Both the position numbers and the translations under genes were made by a program. Below, piece by piece: positions 53,070 to 61,347 of a stretch of 64,000 nucleotides of DNA (positions within the stretch are counted from its first letter, which is position 1; each line of letters opens with the position of its first letter). Under the pieces are notes generated by a model. The model had not been told where the DNA came from. It was given only the letters and a program-made list of their open reading frames with translations, and searched no databases. This DNA comes from an uncultured Gemmatimonadales bacterium (GTDB lineage Bacteria; Gemmatimonadota; Gemmatimonadetes; Gemmatimonadales; GWC2-71-9), in assembly GCA_963728915.1 (NCBI GenBank), contig CAVSLV010000002.1:33457-97456 (forward strand), in the 5' to 3' direction.

Positions 53070-54380
53070 TTACTGACAGAAGCAGTTCCCGCCGATGCAT
53101 TGGCAATTGCCGCCGCCGGAACCGGAGAACCGCGGGTTGACCACGTTGTTGAACGTGGACCCGAAGGTGTAGCTCAGCCCGATCGAGCCGTGATAGAAGT
53201 AGGAGGTCCTGAGCTGCTTGAGCTGGAGCAGGATTTCCTCGTCGCTCGCCTCGCTCTTGGGAAGGGAGAGCTGGTCCCTGACCCGGGAGTAGCTCCCGAA
53301 GACATTGAGGTTGAGACCCCGCACCAGCCGGATTTCGAGGCCTCCGAAGATCGAGGCCCGATTCCTAGCCAGGTCATCCAGATAGCTGGACAGCTGGATC
53401 TGCCCGTTCAGGCTTCCCCAGGGTTGGACCGCTTCGGCCGAAATGGTGAACTCCTGGTACGGTCGGGTCTCGACCAGCTTGTCGTACACGGTCGTGTCGG
53501 TGTAGTTGGCATGGGAAATTCCCGCCGCATATACGAAGACGAGTTGCCGCCGTGACGATTCCTTGTAGGGAAAAAGGTCGAATTCGATACCGGGAAGAAC
53601 CTGGAGCCTGAAATCGTAGTTGTCGTAGGTCGATCGTACCGCGTTCTGCTCCATGCCGAAGGACCAGTGACCGCCCAGGCTCCGGACCAGGAGGGCGGAG
53701 CCGTTGTACCGGCTGTTGGTGGATTTGTACTCGGTGCTGTCGGTCAGGACGTAGCGGCTGTGGGAGACCCGCGCCCCGGCGTTGATCCGGAGCTTCCAGG
53801 TGTCGCTGACCCGGGAGGCGCGCAACGAGCCGGACAGCGAGTTCTCGCTGCTCTGAGTCTCTCCCGAAAGTGACCCGTTCGCGCTGATCCGGAATACCCA
53901 CAGGTTCCAGGGATCGTGCGCCTGCTGTTGCGCCCCGGCCGCGGCGCCGGTGGGCACATCGTAGGTGACCCGAACCCGTCCGGCAATTCCACTCCTCGCC
54001 ACGTAACGCGCCAGGCCCAGCGCGATCCGGCCGGCCTGGCTCTGGCGTACTTCATCGTCGGTATCGGATTGGCCGGTCGCGAACCGGATGTTGTCATTCA
54101 TGTCCTGGAACTGGCGGAGTCCCAGGAACTGGAGCTGGTATTCCCGGCCCCCGCCGCCAGTGCCCTGCGAGGTGATCAGCAGGTGGAGGTCGGCGTCCTG
54201 CCGGTCGCGCACCCAGCTCACATAGGTGATCTGCCGCCGGAGGTAATCGAAATCGCAATGGGTCTGGCAATCCAGGAAAACCCGGATGGCCTCTGGCTCC
54301 CCCTGAGCGGCGAGCGAGCACGGCGCGGCCACGACGGCGGTGGCGGCGATCAGGACGCTGAGGCCAGTGCGCAGATCCAT
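53070..54380 (-). CDS. Putative outer-membrane beta-barrel protein with Cys-rich C-terminal tail
   Basis: Signal peptide LIAATAVVAAPCSLAAQ. Long alternating beta-strand pattern and a beta-signal-like GLSYTFGSTF. An extra tail GGGNCQCIGGNCFCQ follows. Confidence 0.55.
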   Translation of the reverse strand: MDLRTGLSVLIAATAVVAAPCSLAAQGEPEAIRVFLDCQTHCDFDYLRRQITYVSWVRDRQDADLHLLITSQGTGGGGREYQLQFLGLRQFQDMNDNIRFATGQSDTDDEVRQSQAGRIALGLARYVARSGIAGRVRVTYDVPTGAAAGAQQQAHDPWNLWVFRISANGSLSGETQSSENSLSGSLRASRVSDTWKLRINAGARVSHSRYVLTDSTEYKSTNSRYNGSALLVRSLGGHWSFGMEQNAVRSTYDNYDFRLQVLPGIEFDLFPYKESSRRQLVFVYAAGISHANYTDTTVYDKLVETRPYQEFTISAEAVQPWGSLNGQIQLSSYLDDLARNRASIFGGLEIRLVRGLNLNVFGSYSRVRDQLSLPKSEASDEEILLQLKQLRTSYFYHGSIGLSYTFGSTFNNVVNPRFSGSGGGNCQCIGGNCFCQ

Positions 54381-54466
54381 GAGCTTCGCAAAGTATCGGA
54401 GCAGGAACCAGATCGGGAGCCACCTTATCTTTGGAGAGGATTCCTCCAACGATCTGGAAACCGCCC

Positions 54467-55855
54467 ATGTCCCGTCGCATCCCCATCATCACACTCGCCC
54501 TGCTCGCCACCATGGGGTCAGTGGCCACCGCCCAACGGCGGGAAACTCCCAATCCCATCCAGCGCCAGTATCAAGCCATCGCGGACAAGATCATCGCCGC
54601 GGCCACCGCCGACAGCGCGGCCTGGAACAAGCTTGCCGAGCTGACCGATACGTTCGGCAACCGGCTGAGCGGGAGCGAGGCGCTGGAGCGGGCGATCGAC
54701 TGGATTCTCGCCCGCATGAAGCAGGAGGGACTCGACAACGTCCGGGGCGAACCGGTCATGGTCCCCCATTGGGTCCGCGGTGAGGAGCACGCCGAGCTCA
54801 GACTGCCTCGCTATCAGAACCTCCCGATGCTCGGGCTGGGAGGGAGTATCAGTACCCCTCCGGGCGGGATCGAGGCCGAGGTGGTCGTGGTGACCAGCTT
54901 CGATGACCTGAAGCGACGGGGCGCTGCGGTAAAAGACAAGATCGTGTTGTACGATGTTCCCTTCACCAACTACGGGCAGACGGTGCAGTATCGCGGCAAT
55001 GGCGCCAACGAAGCTTCCCGGCTCGGCGCGGTGGCTTCCCTGATCCGCTCGGTGGGACCGTTCAGCCTCCGCACTCCCCACACCGGCGCGATGTCAGCCT
55101 ACGACACGACTGTCAAGGCCATTCCTGCCGCGGCCCTCACCATGGAAGACGCCGCGATGCTGCACCGGATGCAGGACCGGGGACAGCGGATCGTGGTGCG
55201 GCTCGAGATGTCGGCCCACATGATGCCCGATGCGCCTTCCCGCAACGTGATGGCGGAGATCGTGGGACGGGAAAAGCCCGACGAGGTCGTGGTGTTCGGC
55301 GGACACATCGATTCGTGGGATGTCGGCTTCGGCGCGGTGGATGACGCCGGCGGCATGATGACCGCATGGGAAGCGGTGCGCCTGCTGCACAAGCTCGGCC
55401 TCACCCCTCGGCGCACCATTCGCGCGGTGGGCTGGACCAACGAGGAGAACGGTGGCCGGGGCGGGCAGGGTTATCGCGATGCGCACAAGAACGAGATCGA
55501 CAAGCACATCGCCGCGATCGAGTCGGACGGCGGCACCTTCAAGTTCCGCGGCTTCGGGTTCAGCGGCAGCGACTCGGCCTATGCGATTGTTCGCCAGATC
55601 GGCAAGCTGCTCACGCCCCTGGGCGCGGACACGATCTTCAAGGGCGGCGGCGGCGCCGACATCGGGCCGCTCATGCAGGGTGGGGTTCCGGGGATGTCGC
55701 ACAACGTGGATGGCACCCGCTACTTCTGGTACCATCACACTCCGGCCGACAACGTGGACAAGATCGATCCGCGGGAGCTCGCCGAGAACGTAGCGGCCAT
55801 GGCGATCATGGCGTACGTGCTCGCGGACATGCCGCAGCCGTTGCCGAGGAAGTGA
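54467..55855 (+). CDS. M28 family aminopeptidase with PA domain, secreted
   Basis: Signal peptide present. Motifs GGHIDSWDVGFGAVDDAGG and WTNEENGGRGG. Confidence 0.85.
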   Translation: MSRRIPIITLALLATMGSVATAQRRETPNPIQRQYQAIADKIIAAATADSAAWNKLAELTDTFGNRLSGSEALERAIDWILARMKQEGLDNVRGEPVMVPHWVRGEEHAELRLPRYQNLPMLGLGGSISTPPGGIEAEVVVVTSFDDLKRRGAAVKDKIVLYDVPFTNYGQTVQYRGNGANEASRLGAVASLIRSVGPFSLRTPHTGAMSAYDTTVKAIPAAALTMEDAAMLHRMQDRGQRIVVRLEMSAHMMPDAPSRNVMAEIVGREKPDEVVVFGGHIDSWDVGFGAVDDAGGMMTAWEAVRLLHKLGLTPRRTIRAVGWTNEENGGRGGQGYRDAHKNEIDKHIAAIESDGGTFKFRGFGFSGSDSAYAIVRQIGKLLTPLGADTIFKGGGGADIGPLMQGGVPGMSHNVDGTRYFWYHHTPADNVDKIDPRELAENVAAMAIMAYVLADMPQPLPRK

Positions 55856-55857
55856 GA

Positions 55858-55903
55858 GAAGGTGCTGGGCGCTGGGTGCGGGAACCCAGCACCCAGCACC
55901 TTC
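55858..55903. terminator. Bidirectional hairpin terminator between convergent genes; member of a repeat family
   Basis: GAAGGTGCTGGGCGCTGGGT pairs with ACCCAGCACCCAGCACCTTC at 19 of 20 positions across a 6-nt loop. Its outer stem is identical to that of the element at 28124. Confidence 0.75.
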
Positions 55904-55906
55904 CGC

Positions 55907-56437
55907 TCACACCACCTTCAGCCGTTCGGCAAGCGCCGAGAGCCGGTCGCTCCAGAACGCCTTGATCCGAGTCGCAGCAGCCTGATCGTTCAGCTTGGCG
56001 TGTTCGAGCGCCACCTGGCTTTTCTTCGCCGATTTCGCGGTGAACCGGGCTTCCACCGTCGTTCCATCGGGCCAGTCGAGTCGCAGCACCTTGTTGGGCT
56101 GGCCGCCTCGCCGTGCAGTGCCGGATTCGCCCAGCCACGCCCGGCGACTTGCCGGCACCTTCCAGGCCCGATAGAGCCGGGTGACCGAAACCGGGAAGGT
56201 CCTGCTCTTGTTCACCCGGAACGATCCGCCTCGCTGCTGACCCCGGACCCTGAGTCCTTTGATCCGCTCGTAGCCCACCGTGACGGTCTGGGTCCACCAG
56301 TCACCGGTCTTGTAGCTCTTCCGAACGAAGTCGGCGATCTCGCGATGCGACCAGTCGTACGCTTTGTGATGGTCCAGCGACTTGACCCACTTCTCCCAGG
56401 TGCAGCCGGTCTTGGCCTTGATGGCGGCATCGCTCAT
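55907..56437 (-). CDS. Conserved hypothetical protein (small N-terminal helical domain plus SRPBCC/Aha1-like C-terminal half, tentative)
   Basis: 176-aa ORF starting MSDAAIKAKTGCTWEKWVKSLD. ATGA overlap with the upstream small ORF. Confidence 0.55.
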   Translation of the reverse strand: MSDAAIKAKTGCTWEKWVKSLDHHKAYDWSHREIADFVRKSYKTGDWWTQTVTVGYERIKGLRVRGQQRGGSFRVNKSRTFPVSVTRLYRAWKVPASRRAWLGESGTARRGGQPNKVLRLDWPDGTTVEARFTAKSAKKSQVALEHAKLNDQAAATRIKAFWSDRLSALAERLKVV

Positions 56438-56610
56438 GCCCGCGAGCTTTGGATAGTCTCTGGGCGAAGGGCGTATGGCAGCGCGACAACGGGTCGCGTC
56501 GCGGGAGGATGGGTGTCGTTGAGGAGGGTGGCGCGGGCGGCAGTGTACGATTCGCCCGTCTTCTGCATGCGCCCGCGAACCAGGCGCTTGAAATCCTTGT
56601 CGGTCGGCAT
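56434..56610 (-). CDS. Small hypothetical protein
   Basis: The ORF starts MPTDKDFKRLVRGRMQKTGESYTAARATLL. Its stop overlaps the next start. This call is weakly supported. Confidence 0.4.
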   Translation of the reverse strand: MPTDKDFKRLVRGRMQKTGESYTAARATLLNDTHPPATRPVVALPYALRPETIQSSRA

Positions 56611-56808
56611 GGTTGGTCCCTTGGTCGAGCCGCGGGCACGCCCCCCAGCGGCGGCGCCACGCAGCGTCGCCAAAGACCGTCACTTCGATCCGGGAGTCTG
56701 CCCCCCTTTGCCTCGCGTGGACCCCTGCTGGGGAGGAGTCGTAGAGGTTAGGCGCGGATCAACCGCCGGCGAGTAGTATGGACGCCGGCGGGCCAAACCG
56801 CAAGATGG

Positions 56809-58344
56809 CTACGGCGTCCCCATCCTTCCGCTCCCCGGCTTCGGCATCTGCTCCGCCCGGTTGGCGATTTCGTACGCGGTCCAGGCCACGACCGTCGCGG
56901 CCTGTTTCAGGTCGTCGATCACCAGGCGCTCGTAGGTGTCCACGTTGGAATGGTGGGTGCGGGTTCCGTACTCGATCGGATCCTGAATGAAGTTGAAGCC
57001 CGGCACGCCGGCCGCCACGAAGCTCAGGTGGTCGGTGCCGCCGGTGTTGCCGTGCCGCACGACTACCACGCCAAGATCCTGGAACGGCGAGAGAATTTGC
57101 TGAAAGATCGGGATCGCGGGCGCGTTCGACTGGTCCCAGATGCCTCGCAATTTGCCGGTGCCGTTATCCACGTTGAGGTACGCCGAGATCTTCGGCAGCT
57201 CGACGGTATGCTGGCGGAGCCAGGCGCGGGAGCCCAGCAGACCCTGCTCTTCCCCGGTCCACAGCGCAATGCGCACGGTGCGGCGCATCGGGAGGCCGGT
57301 CGCCTTGAGGATGCGCATCGCCTCCATCATGATCACGGAGCCTGCGCCGTTGTCGGTCGCGCCGGTGCCCGAGTGCCAGCTGTCGTAGTGGGCCCCGATC
57401 ATCACCACCTCACCCGCTTTGTCGGTGCCGGGGATTTCTCCGGTCACGTTGGTGGGCACCCGGTTGTCGTCGAGGAAACGGGTCCGCACGTCCACGTCGA
57501 GCTTGACCGGAATCCCGCGCTGGGCGAGCCGGTAGAGCGTGCCGTACTGCTCATGCGCGACGATCAGGTGGGGAATCGGGTTGTACACGCTGTCCCGCGC
57601 GGCGCGCCCATCGAAGTGCCCGCCATTCAGGAACAGTCCGTAGGTCCAGTTGGACGGCTGGAGCACCGCGACCGGCTGTTCACTGTGCAGGAGCTGGCTG
57701 GTCAGCGCGTTGAGTCGCTGGAACTGCTGGAAGTTCCCGGGTCCGGCCGGTGCACCCGGAGCGCGCGGGGGCGGCGGGTTGATCAGCTCATCGAGCGAGA
57801 GCCGGGTTTCCCTCGGCTCGAACTCGGGGCCGACCTCGCGCGGTGCACCCCGTAACACGCAGGCGCCCTTGAGCTTCCCGGTGTACCTGGCAATGTCGGT
57901 GGAGTCCTTGATGTCGAGAAGGACCGTATTGCAGGTGACCGGACCGGGCTTGCCCTTCGCCATCGTGCTGCCGCTCCAGGCCTGCGGATACGCCGCGAGC
58001 GGCTTGGTCCACGGCTCGAGAATCTCACCGCTGTACCGGAGCAGCTCCCAGCCCCGACCGAACGCCGAATCCCAGGGCTCGAGCTTGACGTTGGAGAGGC
58101 CGAAGCCCTTGAGGGTCTCGACCGCCCAGTCGTTGGCCCGGCGGCTCGCGGGAGAGTTGGTGAGCCGGGCCCCGATCACGTCGGTGAGATAGCTCGCCAG
58201 GTCGTCGATTTTCGAGTGCTGCAATCCTTCGGTGCGGATCTTCTGCATCGCGGCCAGGTCCACGGATTCGTTGAGGACCTGCGAGGAGACCGCATTCGAG
58301 AGCATGGCAGTGAACAGGCCGGTAAGGATCAGCGAGCGTTTCAT
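56809..58344 (-). CDS. M28 family peptidase, secreted
   Basis: The signal peptide is MKRSLILTGLFTAMLSNAVSSQ. Motifs are IGAHYDSWHSGTGATDNGAGS and WTGEEQGLLGS. The 697-aa track ORF is an upstream extension. Confidence 0.85.
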   Translation of the reverse strand: MKRSLILTGLFTAMLSNAVSSQVLNESVDLAAMQKIRTEGLQHSKIDDLASYLTDVIGARLTNSPASRRANDWAVETLKGFGLSNVKLEPWDSAFGRGWELLRYSGEILEPWTKPLAAYPQAWSGSTMAKGKPGPVTCNTVLLDIKDSTDIARYTGKLKGACVLRGAPREVGPEFEPRETRLSLDELINPPPPRAPGAPAGPGNFQQFQRLNALTSQLLHSEQPVAVLQPSNWTYGLFLNGGHFDGRAARDSVYNPIPHLIVAHEQYGTLYRLAQRGIPVKLDVDVRTRFLDDNRVPTNVTGEIPGTDKAGEVVMIGAHYDSWHSGTGATDNGAGSVIMMEAMRILKATGLPMRRTVRIALWTGEEQGLLGSRAWLRQHTVELPKISAYLNVDNGTGKLRGIWDQSNAPAIPIFQQILSPFQDLGVVVVRHGNTGGTDHLSFVAAGVPGFNFIQDPIEYGTRTHHSNVDTYERLVIDDLKQAATVVAWTAYEIANRAEQMPKPGSGRMGTP

Positions 58345-58375
58345 GTCACGAGCCTTGGGGAGGATGTATGTGTCG

Positions 58376-58454
58376 ATCCACAGATGACACGGATGATACG
58401 GATTAGAAGACAACAAAAGTCGGTTAATCTGCTTCATCCGTGTCATCTGTGGAT
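58376..58454. repeat. Perfect 21-bp inverted repeat with AT-rich 37-nt loop, intergenic
   Basis: 58376-58396 is ATCCACAGATGACACGGATGA. 58434-58454 is TCATCCGTGTCATCTGTGGAT, its exact reverse complement. It starts 10 nt after the upstream stop. Confidence 0.85.
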
Positions 58455-58463
58455 AGCTTCTTG

Positions 58464-61317
58464 TCATCGGACCACGAGCGCCGCGAGGCGCTTCTCGATC
58501 TCGTCTTTGGGCAGCCAGCGCCCACCGATCACTACGCCTTCGCGCTTCCCGACGTTGTGGATGTCGGCGAGGGGGTTCCCCGCCAGGAGCACCAGGTCGG
58601 CCCGTTTGCCCACCGCGATGGTGCCCGCTTCGGCCTCGTTGCCGAGGAATCGCGCCACGTTGATGGTTCCGGTCGCGAGGGCCTGGTAGGGCGTCAAACC
58701 GGCGGTCACGTACGCGGCAAGCTCCCGCGACAACGAAAATCCCGGGGCGTTGAAGAGCTGGGGTGAATCGGAACCCAGGACGATCGGGACCCCCGCGGTC
58801 TGCATTGCCTTGATGATCTTGCGCCGGAGCACCAGGAACCGCTGCCGGCTCGCCATGCTGAGGGTGGTGTCGCCCCGGATTTGCCGCGCCTGACTCACCC
58901 ACCCGTTGGCCATTGACCGGGGCACATACAGCAGCTCGGGCCGGTCATAGAGCGCTTCGATGGTCTCGTTCCCCATCACCGATTCGAAAAACCCCTGGGT
59001 CGGCACCATCCAGGTTCCCGCCGCCTTTGTTTCCGCGACGAGCGCCGGCAGCCGCGATTCATCCAGGCTGTCGATCAGGGGCAGCCCGAAGAACCCGTCG
59101 TCTTTCGGAGTCTTGGGCGGGTTGAGCGCGAGAGCTTCCACATACCCGTCAAGATGGTCGATGCTCCAGTAGCGGGCTTCCAGCGCCCGGTGCAGTCCCA
59201 CATCGAGGGGCACGTGCCCCGCGAACCGGATGCCGAGCCGGTCGGCGTTGGCCGCCATGGAGTCGAACGCTTCGCGCGGCACTCCGGGATGGATCTTCAG
59301 GAAATCGTAGCCCAGCTTCTGCTCGGCGATCACCATCCGCGCTGCCGAATCGGCGTTGGGCACACTGCTGTTGCTGAAGGACGGCCCCGAAGTCCAGATC
59401 CGGGGGCTCAGGATCTCGCCCCGGTTGGCCCGGTCACGGAACTCGAGATGTTTGGGGATGCCCAGCATTCCCCGCACCGTGGTCACGCCGTTCAGGGCCC
59501 AGAGCTCCAGGGTCCGGGCAATCTCCGAATCGCTCGCGGCGCCGGGCGGGATATGGGCGTGCATCTCCCCTAACCCGGGGATGAGATACTTTCCCGCCCC
59601 GTTCACCGGTACGGCACCGGCCGGGATCTTCACCGAGCCCGCCGGGCCCATCGCGGCAATCCGGCCGCCCTGCACCACCACCGTCTGCCGGGGGAGCACC
59701 CGCATCCGGTCCATCGGGATCACGTTCACGTTCTGAAACACCACTGGCGCCTGCTGCACCACGTGGCGGATCACCCGGCCGCCCCGCGCCGAGGTGAACT
59801 TCCCGCTGTCCACCTCGATCTGTCCGTTCACCAGCACGTAGTCGATCCCCACCGGGTACTGGTGCGGCTGCTGGTAGGTCGCCTTGTCGGCGACGGTGGC
59901 GGGATCGAAGACGACGAGGTCGGCCATGAGGCCCGTCGCGATCTTCCCGCGGTCCGCGAGCCCGAGTCGGGCCGCGGGCAGCGACGTCATCTTGCGCACC
60001 GCATCGGGCAGGGTGAGCACCTTGCGTTCGCGAACGTAGCGGCCCAGCACTCGCGGGAAGGTGCCGTAGTTCCGGGGATGGGGCACCGTGTTGCCGGGCC
60101 GTGACAGGGCGCCATCCGAAGCGATCGAGGTCCAGCGGTATTTCATGATCCGCTCGACATCGCCCTCGTCCATGACGTGGTACACCATGCTGGCGCCGCC
60201 CTTCTGCACTCCTTCAATCACCAGCGGCACCGCGCCCTGGGTGGTGGGCGGCACCCCCCGCTCCACCGCCCAGTCGTAGAGGGTCTTCCCGTTGAGGTCG
60301 GGCTTCCAGCTCACGCTGGCGAACTGCACCCGCTTGAGATCGCCACCGCCCCGGTCGTTCTCGAGTATGTCCACGATGCCCTTCTCGATGCTGTCCCGGA
60401 GCACCGGGTCCTTGAGCCGCCGCGAGAAGGCGCTGTCGCCGTCGGCCATGGCCCAGGCGGGAACCAGAACGTTGAAACTGGTGGAGCTGGCGTCGTAGGG
60501 ATATTCATCGGTGGTGACGTCGAGACCCGCGGCGCGGGCGGAATCCACCATGGCGAGGGTCTTGACGCTGGCGCCCCACATCGCCTTCCCGATCACCTTG
60601 TGGTGGGTCAACACGACCGGAATGTGCGCTTCCCGCGCAATGCGGATCGCCTCGCCCACCCCATCGAGCACCCCGATGCCCTCCTTGCGGAGGTGGGAGG
60701 TGTAGAACCCGCCGGAGTCCGCCGCAACCCGCGACACCGCGATCACTTCCTCGGTGGTGGCGTAGGTCTGCGGGACATAGAAAAGGCCGGTGGAAATCCC
60801 GAAGGCTCCCTCGTGCATCGCCTCGCCCACCATGCGCTGCATCCGGGCCAGTTCTTTTTCGTTAGGCGCCCGATCGCTCCTGCCCAGCACATCCTGCCGG
60901 ATGGTCCCGAAGCCGACCAGAAACGGCGCGTTGATGCCGAGGGGAAGCTTTTCGACTTTGGCGAGATAGTCGCCGAAGGGATACGGCCCGCCGCCGTCCG
61001 GCCCGCCCAGCGCGGTGGTCACGCCCTGGCGCACCCGGCTCTCCGCGTCCGGCATCTGGAGGATGGCTTCGTTGTGGGCATGGAGATCGATGAACCCCGG
61101 CGAGACCACCCGGTTCCGCGCGTCAATGACTCGCGCGGCGCTCCCCGGCGGAATAGGGCGTCCGCGACACCAGGACGATGCGATCGCCCTTGATGGCAAG
61201 GTCGGCGCGAAACGCCGGCGCGCCGGTCCCATCGAGAATCATCCCGCCCAGAATGACCACATCGTAGCGGGGCGCCGGTTGCTGGAAGAGCAGGAACAAT
61301 GCGAGGAACGGCCACAT
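58464..61317 (-). pseudogene. Tandem amidohydrolase (D-aminoacylase-like plus second metal-dependent amidohydrolase) whose signal-peptide N-terminus is in a different frame (frameshift near 61126-61175)
   Basis: The 61123-61317 frame encodes MWPFLALFLLF...YDVVILGGMILDGTGAP..ADLAIKGDRIVLV. The homology continues in the 58464-61232 frame (IPPGSAARVIDARNRVVSPGFIDLHAH). A second domain begins near 59750 (NVNVIPMD...GLGEMHAH). Confidence 0.7.
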
Positions 61318-61347
61318 GGGTGCGGGCTCCAGAAGAGTGCGCAGAAG

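Noticed and set aside
56763-56791. A CCGCCGGCG...CGCCGGCGG 9-bp stem hairpin just downstream of the M28 peptidase stop, considered as a terminator.
   Set aside because: The stem is perfect, but no U-tract follows on the transcribed strand and the loop is 11 nt. It is plausibly a Rho-independent-like stabiliser. I do not consider it well enough supported to list as a feature.
61126-61175. Programmed ribosomal frameshifting in the amidohydrolase gene.
   Set aside because: I see no slippery heptamer or obvious downstream stimulatory structure at the frame junction. A mutation or a base-calling error is the simpler explanation.
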